A stretch of 31,469 nt of DNA from a virus (taxonomy: Duplodnaviria > Caudoviricetes). How positions within the stretch are numbered: the first letter of the stretch is position 1; every line of letters begins with the position of its first letter. The position numbers and the translations under genes were made by a program. The notes beneath the pieces were generated by a model. The model saw only the letters and a list, made by a program, of their open reading frames with translations. It searched no databases and was not told where the DNA came from. Shown here piece after piece: positions 1-8,678 of this stretch. The DNA lies in the IMG/VR virus record IMGVR_UViG_3300017761_002715, positions 1-31,469 of that record. One strand, written 5' to 3'.

Positions 1-1
1 G

Positions 2-430
2 TCATGTCCTAGAACCAAAACTGGAAAGATCAGGAAATCAATGGGTGGGTATGCAAATCATCCATCATCTAAGTGGTGTAGAGAGACAAAAGCAAATTTT
101 GAGTGGTTACTCTCCCATACCAAGACAATGTTGGATGTGAGGCAAAAACGTTGGCCTCTTTCAGCTGAACACTTTACAGCAGATTTCATCAAGTGGGTTT
201 TGGAAAACCAAAAATACGCTAATGTCCCAGCTGGTTGTCAAACACAATATGCAATTGCAATTAACAGAGACAAAGAGTGTTGGAAGCTACCTGGTTTTGA
301 AAACTTTACCGCAGTAGAAAAATACAGACATTACTATGTATTTGATAAACCGTTTGCAACATGGACCAACACTACTAAACCTTCGTGGTTTGTAGAAATT
401 GCCGATAAGTACTTAAAAACTCATCCATGA
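2..430 (+). CDS. Phage pyrimidine-dimer DNA glycosylase-like (DenV-related) protein, 5'-truncated
   Basis: Frame is open from position 2 (SCPRTKTGKIRKSMGG...). Motifs NHPSSKWCRET..NFEWL and AVEKYRHYY...K..FATW match this widespread phage family. Confidence 0.6.
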   Translation, partial: SCPRTKTGKIRKSMGGYANHPSSKWCRETKANFEWLLSHTKTMLDVRQKRWPLSAEHFTADFIKWVLENQKYANVPAGCQTQYAIAINRDKECWKLPGFENFTAVEKYRHYYVFDKPFATWTNTTKPSWFVEIADKYLKTHP

Positions 431-1199
431 TAAATCTAGGCTTATAGTGTAAGAGTAATTTCTGACAATCCATAACATTGTTGATTGAATCAATTTCAGC
501 TGAGTTAATTTTCTTCCCAGAATCAAAGTTATCTCTTATAGATTCGGCTAAGTCTAACATTGAAGTTACACCGGTATTACAAATATTGAAAACACCTGTA
601 ACTTGATTGTTTAGGATCTGGTGGGTTGCTTCAACAATTGTTTTTGCAGAACAGAACGAGTTAATGTAAGGTGTAAAGGTTGAATACTTTACAAGCTTTG
701 TAATTAGGTTGCTTGGAAGATCATCAGATCCAAATACTAATCGTGGTCTTAGGATAATATGCTTTTCTATATCAATGAATTGCTCTGCTAGGTATTTTGC
801 TGCAGAATACTCTGTCATCACGATTGTCGAATCGGTCTCCTTAAATGCTTTAGACCGCCGGAGTCTTTGCGAATCTCCATAGATATCTCCAGTAGAAATA
901 TGAACGAGTTTTTTACCACGTTGGTCGCAAAATTCTGATAGGTCGCGAACAAGGCAGACATTAGTATCAAGATTGGCTCGGAACTCAGAAGCAGTCTTTG
1001 GTTTGGTATTAGTAAAAGCAATACAGTTAATGATAACATCAGCTTCGTTAAGTTTGCCCCACAACTCGGAGTTACTAACGACATTGCTATAGAAATTAAA
1101 ATCATCGCGAATATCGATAACTTCACGACCAAGTGTTGTAACCCCACTTCTTTCAAATTCCCCACCAACGAGTCCTCGTCCAAGACAAACAATATTCAT
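375..1199 (-). CDS. Extended SDR, RmlD/dTDP-4-dehydrorhamnose reductase-like
   Basis: GRGLVG Rossmann motif, INCIAFT, HISTGDIYG, catalytic YSAAK (YxxxK). Confidence 0.8.
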   Translation of the reverse strand: MNIVCLGRGLVGGEFERSGVTTLGREVIDIRDDFNFYSNVVSNSELWGKLNEADVIINCIAFTNTKPKTASEFRANLDTNVCLVRDLSEFCDQRGKKLVHISTGDIYGDSQRLRRSKAFKETDSTIVMTEYSAAKYLAEQFIDIEKHIILRPRLVFGSDDLPSNLITKLVKYSTFTPYINSFCSAKTIVEATHQILNNQVTGVFNICNTGVTSMLDLAESIRDNFDSGKKINSAEIDSINNVMDCQKLLLHYKPRFIMDEFLSTYRQFLQTTKV

Positions 1200-1203
1200 A
1201 AAC

Positions 1204-2439
1204 TTATGCTAAGACCTGCTGAATTGGAACACCCTTATCAGCAACTTTAAATGGTCGTCCTTCTGGAGAGAAAAGAGTTTGTTCAACCGGGATGCCAGCT
1301 GCTGTTGCAATTGTTGCGTTAAAGTCTTGAACTGAAACAACTTTATCAACAACCTTCATTCCTCGTTCATCAGTTGACCCATATACTTGACCACCTTTGA
1401 TTCCAGCACCAATCAACACACCACTAAAACATCCTGGATGGTGATCACGACCATTATTAACATTGATAATAGGTGTGCGACCAAAGTCTGTTGATACAAC
1501 AATTAATGTCTTTTCAAGCAAACCAGATTGTTTGAGATCTTCAACAAGAGCTGAGATTGCATCATCAAATATTTTTAGCTTTGTTTCAAGAGATTCGAAG
1601 TTATTCACATGGGTATCCCACCCACCATCTTGGACTTCAACGAACTTTACACCACCTTTTTCAATCAAGCGTTTTGCAAGGCAACAACCCTGACCAAATC
1701 GATTATCACCATACTTATCTCGTGTTTCTTTTGGCTCTTTTGATAGGTCAAATACATCAAGCTCTGAAGAATTCAAAAGCCGGATTGTTTGATCGTAAAA
1801 CTCCCCATACGCTTTTTGCTGGGGGTTAATTGTCTTTGTTGCATCTCGTTCGAGTTGTTGTAGAATTTGGATTCGCTTTGAGAATTCTTCTTTGTTCTTC
1901 AATACTGAGTTATCCAAACCACGCATTGGGTCTTGGATTGGTACTGGGGCATATTTCTTTGGCATCCATCCAGAACCTGGGTGATCAGATGGACCAGAAA
2001 TTAAAACGTTTCGTGGTATTGCGCGCAGAACCTTATCATCTTGGACGTTACACATCCATGCACCCATATTTGGATGAACAATCGTTCCAATTTTCTTGTA
2101 AGATGTTCTTTGAAGATACTGAGCTTGTTCGTGTGCCCCTGTTGTGACCATCATTGATCGAATGATAGCCATTTTATCACCCAATTTTGCAATATTAGGA
2201 AGGTGTTCACAAATATCAGCTCCAAAAGTGGTTTTGATTGTTTTGAATTCTCCTCTTACTTCTTCGTTTGTCTTTGGGTCAAATGTATCAAGATGAGACA
2301 TTCCCCCGTTCATAAAAAGATAAATGATGTGCTCAGCTTTCTTTGCTGGTGGAGCTGCGTTAACTGAGGGAAGGACAGTAACCCCAAGTCCGGTTGCAGC
2401 TAGGTTGAGAATGAATTCTCGGCGATTCAATGTATTCAT
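1204..2439 (-). CDS. DUF1501 family protein with Tat signal peptide
   Basis: Twin-arginine LNRREFI; IYLFMNGGMSHLDTFDPK, FGQGCCLAKRLIE.GVKFVEV, GWDTH, DFGRTP.IN...GRDHHP, GAGIKGGQVYGSTD. Confidence 0.92.
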   Translation of the reverse strand: MNTLNRREFILNLAATGLGVTVLPSVNAAPPAKKAEHIIYLFMNGGMSHLDTFDPKTNEEVRGEFKTIKTTFGADICEHLPNIAKLGDKMAIIRSMMVTTGAHEQAQYLQRTSYKKIGTIVHPNMGAWMCNVQDDKVLRAIPRNVLISGPSDHPGSGWMPKKYAPVPIQDPMRGLDNSVLKNKEEFSKRIQILQQLERDATKTINPQQKAYGEFYDQTIRLLNSSELDVFDLSKEPKETRDKYGDNRFGQGCCLAKRLIEKGGVKFVEVQDGGWDTHVNNFESLETKLKIFDDAISALVEDLKQSGLLEKTLIVVSTDFGRTPIINVNNGRDHHPGCFSGVLIGAGIKGGQVYGSTDERGMKVVDKVVSVQDFNATIATAAGIPVEQTLFSPEGRPFKVADKGVPIQQVLA

Positions 2440-2732
2440 AGATTTGCTTTTTGTAATTTTTCGTAATAATCCCTATCCTCGTTGTAGTGGTCTAATACAA
2501 TGTTAATCATATTTACCAAAACCTCTTTTGGAATCGACTTTATCTTTTGAGCAACATCAGGATTTGCATGCTCTACTTCAATATGTAAACCATTAACAAT
2601 TTTTATAGCTTCCTCCAAATAAGGGTCATACCCACCATCATCGGTCCAACCTGGACCAGTCGGTGGTACCCACTCTTGCGGATCATCATCATAATATGCT
2701 TCCCAAATTAAGCGTTGGTCGTTTTTTGTCAT
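2436..2732 (-). CDS. Hypothetical acidic phage protein with capsid-targeting-like N-terminus
   Basis: 98 aa. ATGA overlap with the DUF1501 start, own late-promoter motif, begins MTKNDQRLIWEAY. Confidence 0.7.
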   Translation of the reverse strand: MTKNDQRLIWEAYYDDDPQEWVPPTGPGWTDDGGYDPYLEEAIKIVNGLHIEVEHANPDVAQKIKSIPKEVLVNMINIVLDHYNEDRDYYEKLQKANL

Positions 2733-2736
2733 GTTA

Positions 2737-4515
2737 TTATTTAGTGAATTTAAATTGGTTTGTATTAATCAAGGCCCAAATGATATCATCGTCTGGAACA
2801 TTAGCAAATTGAGACTTTTCTTCAATGGTTGGTTTTCTTGATAATGTCGCTTTAAAAATCATCTCAATTTTTTCTGTTGGTGATTTTGTTTGAATAAGCT
2901 TCATAAGTCTTAGATCTTTTGCAGTTGCAATTTCACCAATCTGACCATTCATGAAAGATATTACTTGCGTAACAGAGCCTTCAAGAGAAGATGTTTGAAT
3001 CAACTCTCTATCTGATCTACCAAGCTGTTGAATCACATTGTTGGAACCAGTCTGGTCATTAATTTCAGAAGCACGAACGAGCATGTAGTTTTTGTAACGT
3101 GGAGCACCATCATATTTTGTTTGAAGTACTTTTCCATACGCGTCAAGCTTCGTTTTAATACCTGGTATTGTGAGATCCTCAACTGATGTTTTCATCACTT
3201 CTGAATACTTTGATTGAAAGGTGGTTTGGAATTGTTCTGGCTTTTCAAGAGTTATTGATAAGATTGAATCCCACAATTGTTCAGCAGTTAGACGCTGCTT
3301 AATTGGTCCAATAAACACAAATGATTCTGAGTTAGCATATGGACCTTCATACATCTCTCTTTGAAATAATTTTGTGTTGAGAAGCACATACATAAAATGC
3401 TGTATGTTATAACCACAATCAATCATTATTTTATGAATCATATCCATAAGGTCCCCTGTTAGGAGAGGAGAATCTTGAATATTATCAAATTCTTCAATGA
3501 TATACCGACCAAATATAAAACGCCAATATCTATTTGAGATATTCTTTGTAAAGGTTGGGTGTTCTGGAGATGTTAACCAATTTACAGCATCAACTCGAAG
3601 ATCACTTTTGTTTGTAACATCTCCAGATGATTTAAGAAACTTTGGAGCAACAACATCATTTGGTTTTTTGTCTGTGTATTGATAATCGTGTGGTAATTTA
3701 ATTGTTTTAGTTTCAACTACATCAACGTTAGCCTGAGTTGCACGAACAAAATTATTGATTTGGTTATTAAGACCTCTATTTTTGATTGGATCACTCTTTA
3801 CTAACTCTTCTACTTCTTTTCGAAGACCAGACAATCTATCTTTTAGCTCTGGATCAGGTTTACCACGAAGTTCAACTTGTGTAAAAAATGCTGCTAATTC
3901 ATAAAACTCAAGTTGGGAGAAATCTTGGAAAGGGTCATCATGACATTGTGCACAAGATATATCAGTACCACCAAAAACTTTCATTGTACCAATTAAGTTA
4001 TCCAAAGGCATCCCTAAATCTCTGTAATAATATCCCGTTTGTGGATTATCATAGTATGAACCACTAGCTGTTAAAAGACCTCGAACGAATTGTGTATGTG
4101 GAACATTTTTCTTAATTTGGTCTTTGATGTATTGAATATAAGGACCACCATTGAAGTTGTTTACATCTGTTAATCTTTCTTTGAGACGAAGACTATCTGC
4201 CCAAAAATTGTAGAGATTTGATGTATATCCCGGGTGTTTGAGAAGATATTTTATTAAATCTTGCCTCTTTGTTGGAACTTGAGCGTTAATAAAATTGTCA
4301 TACTCTTCAATTGTTGGGATTCGTCCAATAATTGTAAGGTAAGCTCGTCGAACAAATTGATCATCATTGATTAACTCATTACCTTTGATATTACTCTTCT
4401 TATACTGTGCTTCCAATATAGAATCTATGTTCTGAGAGTATTGATCAAGTTTATTATAGTCTTGTGCATTACAAATAAACCCAAATAATGCTATGGTTGC
4501 TATTAACGTTCTCAT
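2737..4515 (-). CDS. DUF1549 (PSCyt2)/DUF1553 (PSD1) domain protein with signal peptide and CxxCH motif
   Basis: Sec-type signal MRTLIATIALFGFICNA; DDQFVRRAYLTIIGRIPT, CAQCHDDPF, FTKNISNRYWRFIFGR, RLTAEQLWDS, DIIWALINTNQF. Confidence 0.9.
   Translation of the reverse strand: MRTLIATIALFGFICNAQDYNKLDQYSQNIDSILEAQYKKSNIKGNELINDDQFVRRAYLTIIGRIPTIEEYDNFINAQVPTKRQDLIKYLLKHPGYTSNLYNFWADSLRLKERLTDVNNFNGGPYIQYIKDQIKKNVPHTQFVRGLLTASGSYYDNPQTGYYYRDLGMPLDNLIGTMKVFGGTDISCAQCHDDPFQDFSQLEFYELAAFFTQVELRGKPDPELKDRLSGLRKEVEELVKSDPIKNRGLNNQINNFVRATQANVDVVETKTIKLPHDYQYTDKKPNDVVAPKFLKSSGDVTNKSDLRVDAVNWLTSPEHPTFTKNISNRYWRFIFGRYIIEEFDNIQDSPLLTGDLMDMIHKIMIDCGYNIQHFMYVLLNTKLFQREMYEGPYANSESFVFIGPIKQRLTAEQLWDSILSITLEKPEQFQTTFQSKYSEVMKTSVEDLTIPGIKTKLDAYGKVLQTKYDGAPRYKNYMLVRASEINDQTGSNNVIQQLGRSDRELIQTSSLEGSVTQVISFMNGQIGEIATAKDLRLMKLIQTKSPTEKIEMIFKATLSRKPTIEEKSQFANVPDDDIIWALINTNQFKFTK
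2738..2745 (-). promoter_or_regulatory. T4-type late promoter motif ACTAAATA
   Basis: 5 nt upstream of ATG 2732; overlaps the last codons and stop of the upstream gene. Confidence 0.6.
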
Positions 4516-4524
4516 CTAACATAT

Positions 4525-4532
4525 TATTTAGT
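4525..4532 (-). promoter_or_regulatory. T4-type late promoter motif ACTAAATA
   Basis: 9 nt upstream of ATG 4515 of the DUF1549 gene. Confidence 0.55.
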
Positions 4533-4613
4533 CAGATTTGGGGAAAACAACTGTATTTGTTTTTGGTTTGACCTTCTTATCAACAATCTCTAAGATAGTT
4601 GGTCTCCCTGGAA

Positions 4614-5048
4614 TTATAAATCAACTGAGATATTTTGAGAAAAAATGTGCTTTTGGGAAATATCAATGAGTGCGTCAAGTTCTTTAATGAAAGTAGCACC
4701 AATTAGGACCGGATATTCATTCGCAGTTCTATTACCTATTGAGAATTTTACACCTTTGAATACCTTATCTCCTAACTTGATATCAAACAATACGATTGGT
4801 CTTTCTTCCGTATTTCCAGCTCCAACATTGATAACAATTGTATCAACAACATCTTTTTGGAGAGTCTTACCATGAACTGTATCAAATTTTACAGTCCCTT
4901 CCCCTAGTTTAATATTTTCACCATGAAGTACATTGTACGCTCCATTACCGGAATCAACTTTACATGGTACAGGACCAAGCTCATCGATTGTAATTTCTTC
5001 AACGAGGCCAATAATTGTCTTTTCAATGTAGAATTGCTTAAACTTCAT
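4614..5048 (-). CDS. Retropepsin-like protease (RimK-associated 'putative ATP-dependent zinc protease' type)
   Basis: GLVEEITI, KVDSGN (D-S/T-G motif), EERPIV, FSIGNR...YPVLIG. Start moved to ATG 5048 (MKFKQFYIE), which shortens the overlap with the upstream gene. Confidence 0.8.
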   Translation of the reverse strand: MKFKQFYIEKTIIGLVEEITIDELGPVPCKVDSGNGAYNVLHGENIKLGEGTVKFDTVHGKTLQKDVVDTIVINVGAGNTEERPIVLFDIKLGDKVFKGVKFSIGNRTANEYPVLIGATFIKELDALIDISQKHIFSQNISVDL

Positions 5049-5355
5049 CACAACACATTTCACCTTTTGATTCAACTGAATCTAAACGATGGAAAACTTC
5101 AGAGACATAGTCAGCAGCTTTTGTTATCTTAGCTTGCATCCAACCATCAACATCTGATTTACTACGAATTAATTCATGAAGCTTCTTTGAATACTCATGT
5201 AATTTTTTGAGATCGTCTAGAGCTATTTCAACGTCTCCTTGATCACCACAATCTCGTTGTTGGTCAATTGGTTCACTAGTGAGATCTTGCTGTCTTGCTA
5301 CAAATACAACAGACTCGTAAAGCTTTCCCATTTTGTTAAGTTCGTTCCGGTTCAT
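5038..5355 (-). CDS. Conserved T4-like phage hypothetical protein (WxQxKIT motif), probable head protein
   Basis: DGWMQAKITKAADYVSEV motif recurrent in large myophages; late-promoter motif directly upstream. Confidence 0.65.
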   Translation of the reverse strand: MNRNELNKMGKLYESVVFVARQQDLTSEPIDQQRDCGDQGDVEIALDDLKKLHEYSKKLHELIRSKSDVDGWMQAKITKAADYVSEVFHRLDSVESKGEMCCDEV

Positions 5356-5900
5356 CAGTTATTTAGTCCTAAAATTTGTTTGATTTTGTTACGATCTTCT
5401 GGTGATACAATGTCTGGGACAAAGTAATCAACTACCTGTGGATCACCAGACAATATTCTTTGTCGTGTTGCTGAACCAGATATCCCACCTTCTTGAATTG
5501 GAATCTTTACCACTTCAACGAAAGGATATTTTTGAACGTTCTTCATGAAGTATGAATATCGTTTGATATCATCGTCTTTATCACCAGCACCAACAACAAT
5601 GCGCTTATCTAGATTAGCGTCTGTAAATTCATAAACAGACTTAACAGGAGTTACCGGGGATATTTGAACATCAACAGGAACTGGTAAATATTTTGTATAA
5701 ATGTCCCAAATCTGTTTTGACATTTCTGCTGTAATACCATCTCGTATTTGAGTGCCAATAAATACAACACCTTCATCGCATGTTTGAAGAAGATATTCAA
5801 GAGCTTTAAAGTGTCCTTTGTGTGGTGGTTTTGACCCCCCAGGGAAGACAGCAATTGATTTTTGCTTATAATTTTCGAAGAATGTTTTAAAGTTGTTCAT
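5355..5900 (-). CDS. HIGH-motif cytidylyltransferase-like nucleotidyltransferase
   Basis: AVFPGGSKPPHKGH (HxGH), C-terminal ISGSATRQ (SxT/SxR motif). Confidence 0.85.
   Translation of the reverse strand: MNNFKTFFENYKQKSIAVFPGGSKPPHKGHFKALEYLLQTCDEGVVFIGTQIRDGITAEMSKQIWDIYTKYLPVPVDVQISPVTPVKSVYEFTDANLDKRIVVGAGDKDDDIKRYSYFMKNVQKYPFVEVVKIPIQEGGISGSATRQRILSGDPQVVDYFVPDIVSPEDRNKIKQILGLNN
5360..5367 (-). promoter_or_regulatory. T4-type late promoter motif ACTAAATA
   Basis: 4 nt upstream of ATG 5355, inside the last codons of the upstream gene. Confidence 0.55.
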
Positions 5901-6943
5901 TTTCTAAAAGCTGATTCCATTCCTTTCACAATAAAGTCCCCAGTAATTTTAACAGGCCGGCCAAAAACACCCCGGACCATAATACCTTCATGATTCTCAA
6001 CATCACCCATGTCTGATGTAAGATGTCTTAAAACTTCAGCTCCAAGAACTCTTGTTGCATGATAAATTACTGACCCATCGATTACCATTTGATAATCTTT
6101 CTCATCCTTTACAAATTGTGATAAAGGCATTTGATTGAGAATATTGAGATATGTAAATTTACTAAGAGCACCAACCTTCTTCCCATCTTGAGTTGTGTAC
6201 ATATAACCAAAAGGATTTTTTGCTTGTTTGAGCCAATCACCAAGTGGTTTGGTAACTTGATTATTTTCACCGTATATAACTGTATATGGTTGATTAAGAA
6301 CTTGTTGAAAGTTTGGATTACCTTTTGTCTTCGCTGGAATTGAGGTAACAACATCAAACCCATATTTCTTTGCAAATGGTTTTACCTTTTCAGCAAAAGA
6401 ATCTAGAGCTTTCTTATCATAATCCACTTCATGTGATTGACGTCTTGCTGGTGTAACTTGAACAAATTCATTTATACCATGAAAGGCAAGAAAGGCTTTA
6501 TTATAGGCAGTGACATTTGTTTGACCAGAAACATACTCAGCGTTGATGAACTTGTTTGGGTTACCAATCAAGCCAAGTTTCTTCAACTCAGGAATGCTTT
6601 CAGAAAAAGAATCATTTAGAAATGACAACATTGTGTTAGCTGCATCTCTCATCCCATGACCTTCTGGAAATCTCTCACCAACTCGGTCAATTGTAATACC
6701 AACAACGTCGATTGGTTTCATTGAACCCCTATCTAGAGCAAATTGGCTGCCCACAACTTTGAATGATACATTGATACCATCGATTTTAACGGCTGGTGGA
6801 TTTTGCTTTACACTCTGCCACATTTTATTAAATGCGTTTATAAGTTGTGGACCAGTTTTGATAGTTGGTACATCAAATGGGTGCCAGGTATGTCCCGCTG
6901 CTCCACCTTCGCTTAGTAAAAAGAATTTTTCAAACTTTATCAT
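5897..6943 (-). CDS. Phage protein with RNA/DNA ligase-like covalent nucleotidyltransferase motifs
   Basis: EGGAAGHTWHPFD, motif I-like VKIDG, INAEYV, motif IV-like HEGIMVR, motif V-like PVKITG. Start moved to ATG 6943 (ATGA overlap with the upstream stop). Confidence 0.6.
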   Translation of the reverse strand: MIKFEKFFLLSEGGAAGHTWHPFDVPTIKTGPQLINAFNKMWQSVKQNPPAVKIDGINVSFKVVGSQFALDRGSMKPIDVVGITIDRVGERFPEGHGMRDAANTMLSFLNDSFSESIPELKKLGLIGNPNKFINAEYVSGQTNVTAYNKAFLAFHGINEFVQVTPARRQSHEVDYDKKALDSFAEKVKPFAKKYGFDVVTSIPAKTKGNPNFQQVLNQPYTVIYGENNQVTKPLGDWLKQAKNPFGYMYTTQDGKKVGALSKFTYLNILNQMPLSQFVKDEKDYQMVIDGSVIYHATRVLGAEVLRHLTSDMGDVENHEGIMVRGVFGRPVKITGDFIVKGMESAFRK

Positions 6944-8331
6944 TTCAAATAGATTCGTGGTGATTTTGCAATTACTGTTTGTGATCTCCATTGACCACCC
7001 TCATAAACGTCAATATTTAAGTCAAATTCAACGCGTGGGTTTTGTTCAAGTTGTTGGTAAACATCACTGATTGTTTTCTTCCCACAATTAAGAATTATAC
7101 CTTCATTAGTAGCATCATTACATACCAACATAAAATCAAAACCAATATTTTCAGTGTATATAACTAATGCAATTGCACCAACAAGTCGGGTAAAATTTTC
7201 ATAGTCATTTTTTGGACTAAACTCTGTATGTTCGTGTGAGTTAAAGAAATCTACTAATTGCTTGCGTATATTAACTGGTGTATTTGCGTAAGTTCTCAGT
7301 TCAGAAAATACATTTACATAGTCTTTTACAGACCCATCATCCGGAAGATACGATGCAATCTGTGAAGGAAGATTAATGTTTAACTCTGAAGCTCTTTGTT
7401 TTTCTTCTTGAATTCTATCTAAAAGAGCAGTGTGAAGAGTCATACCCCCTTTTGGGTTTGGTCTGACAACAACACCAAAATCTTTTGTTACTTGTTGATT
7501 GATAAAGTTGTCAAGATTTGATTTGAGAATAGCACTATTGAGCTTCTCAGATTTGAACACCTTTTTCTTTCTGTATAGGTCCTTAAACTTTTCAAAATCT
7601 TTACTGCCTTTAATTGCAACACCAGCAACTGCTTTATTAACAGCATTCTCAATCATGTTAAGATCTGATATTTTCAAGTGTGTGTAATTTGTTGCACTCT
7701 TAAGTCTGTCAGATACTTTGTTCAAATACCCATCACCACCAAGAATAGCTCCTTGATTCGAATCACCCCCGGTTTTAATTTCAAGTTCAAAGCCTCCCCA
7801 ATTCAAATCTCCGGAACGACTCTTCACAGCTGTCCCAAAAAATGTAAATGTACTTTCACCACGGCCAACATTTGTAGATGATTTTGGAATAACATTATTA
7901 TGAACTTGTCTGATTACATCGTCAATACCATCACGAACTAATTCCCCAGGAAGGCTTTGCTTTATAAGCTCAATAAAATTGCGGATCTTTCCAACACCAA
8001 AGGATTTGATATTAAGGAGACTCTTTTTATTCTCAGCTAGATACTTAAGTAACTCAATACTTAAATCATAATGAGCGTTGAGCATAATATCTTTAAATAC
8101 ACCCTTTGAAGCACCTTGTTTTGAACCACCCCAATCTGCATTTGTGTAAATTGTGTCGATATACTTATCAACTATATTACCACTATCAGCTAAAATACGC
8201 TTCTTAAGGACGTTTGCATAAGCATCTTGTAATCTAAATGCTTGTACAACACCAGAGTCGTCTTCGAACGTTACGTTAACGTCCTCATTGTATACCTTTT
8301 TATAAGCGTCCTTTAGAGATGTGAATGACAT
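6940..8331 (-). CDS. Putative PD-(D/E)xK nuclease-fold phage protein
   Basis: GRGE...SGDLNWGGFELEIKT (E...D...ExK arrangement); 463 aa. Confidence 0.55.
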   Translation of the reverse strand: MSFTSLKDAYKKVYNEDVNVTFEDDSGVVQAFRLQDAYANVLKKRILADSGNIVDKYIDTIYTNADWGGSKQGASKGVFKDIMLNAHYDLSIELLKYLAENKKSLLNIKSFGVGKIRNFIELIKQSLPGELVRDGIDDVIRQVHNNVIPKSSTNVGRGESTFTFFGTAVKSRSGDLNWGGFELEIKTGGDSNQGAILGGDGYLNKVSDRLKSATNYTHLKISDLNMIENAVNKAVAGVAIKGSKDFEKFKDLYRKKKVFKSEKLNSAILKSNLDNFINQQVTKDFGVVVRPNPKGGMTLHTALLDRIQEEKQRASELNINLPSQIASYLPDDGSVKDYVNVFSELRTYANTPVNIRKQLVDFFNSHEHTEFSPKNDYENFTRLVGAIALVIYTENIGFDFMLVCNDATNEGIILNCGKKTISDVYQQLEQNPRVEFDLNIDVYEGGQWRSQTVIAKSPRIYLK

Positions 8332-8333
8332 AA

Positions 8334-8675
8334 TTATGCTACCGAAATATTTACACCCATGTCTGGTTGTTTATTACTAGCTAATCGAGAAAACTCTTCA
8401 ATCTTTTGCATTGCATTTTCTGGTGAGATTTGTTCGTTTGAAATTCTTGTAATCTCATTAGAGTTAAGCTTTATACCAAATTGCGATACATTTACAATAA
8501 AGTCCTTCATTATAGTTGCAAGGTTAACAATTTGATTTGATGTAATCTCACTTGATACATGCTCTGTATCTTGAGCAGATGTTGCATCAGGGGTCATCCC
8601 AGTATCTTGTTGAACCTGTGAAGGGTCAACTTCTTCAAATATTGTGTTTATAAGTTGTAAGGTTTTAGATTTCAT
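8334..8675 (-). CDS. Hypothetical protein
   Basis: 113 aa ORF packed 2-3 nt from its neighbours on the same strand. Confidence 0.7.
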   Translation of the reverse strand: MKSKTLQLINTIFEEVDPSQVQQDTGMTPDATSAQDTEHVSSEITSNQIVNLATIMKDFIVNVSQFGIKLNSNEITRISNEQISPENAMQKIEEFSRLASNKQPDMGVNISVA

Positions 8676-8678
8676 AAA

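Noticed and set aside
4528-4620. Minus-strand stop-to-stop frame (FIIPGRPTILEIVDKKVKPKTNTVVFPKSD*) filling the gap after the protease gene; possible frameshift extension
   Set aside because: Only ~30 codons, with no canonical start and no slippery heptamer after the preceding in-frame TGA. At most a gene remnant.
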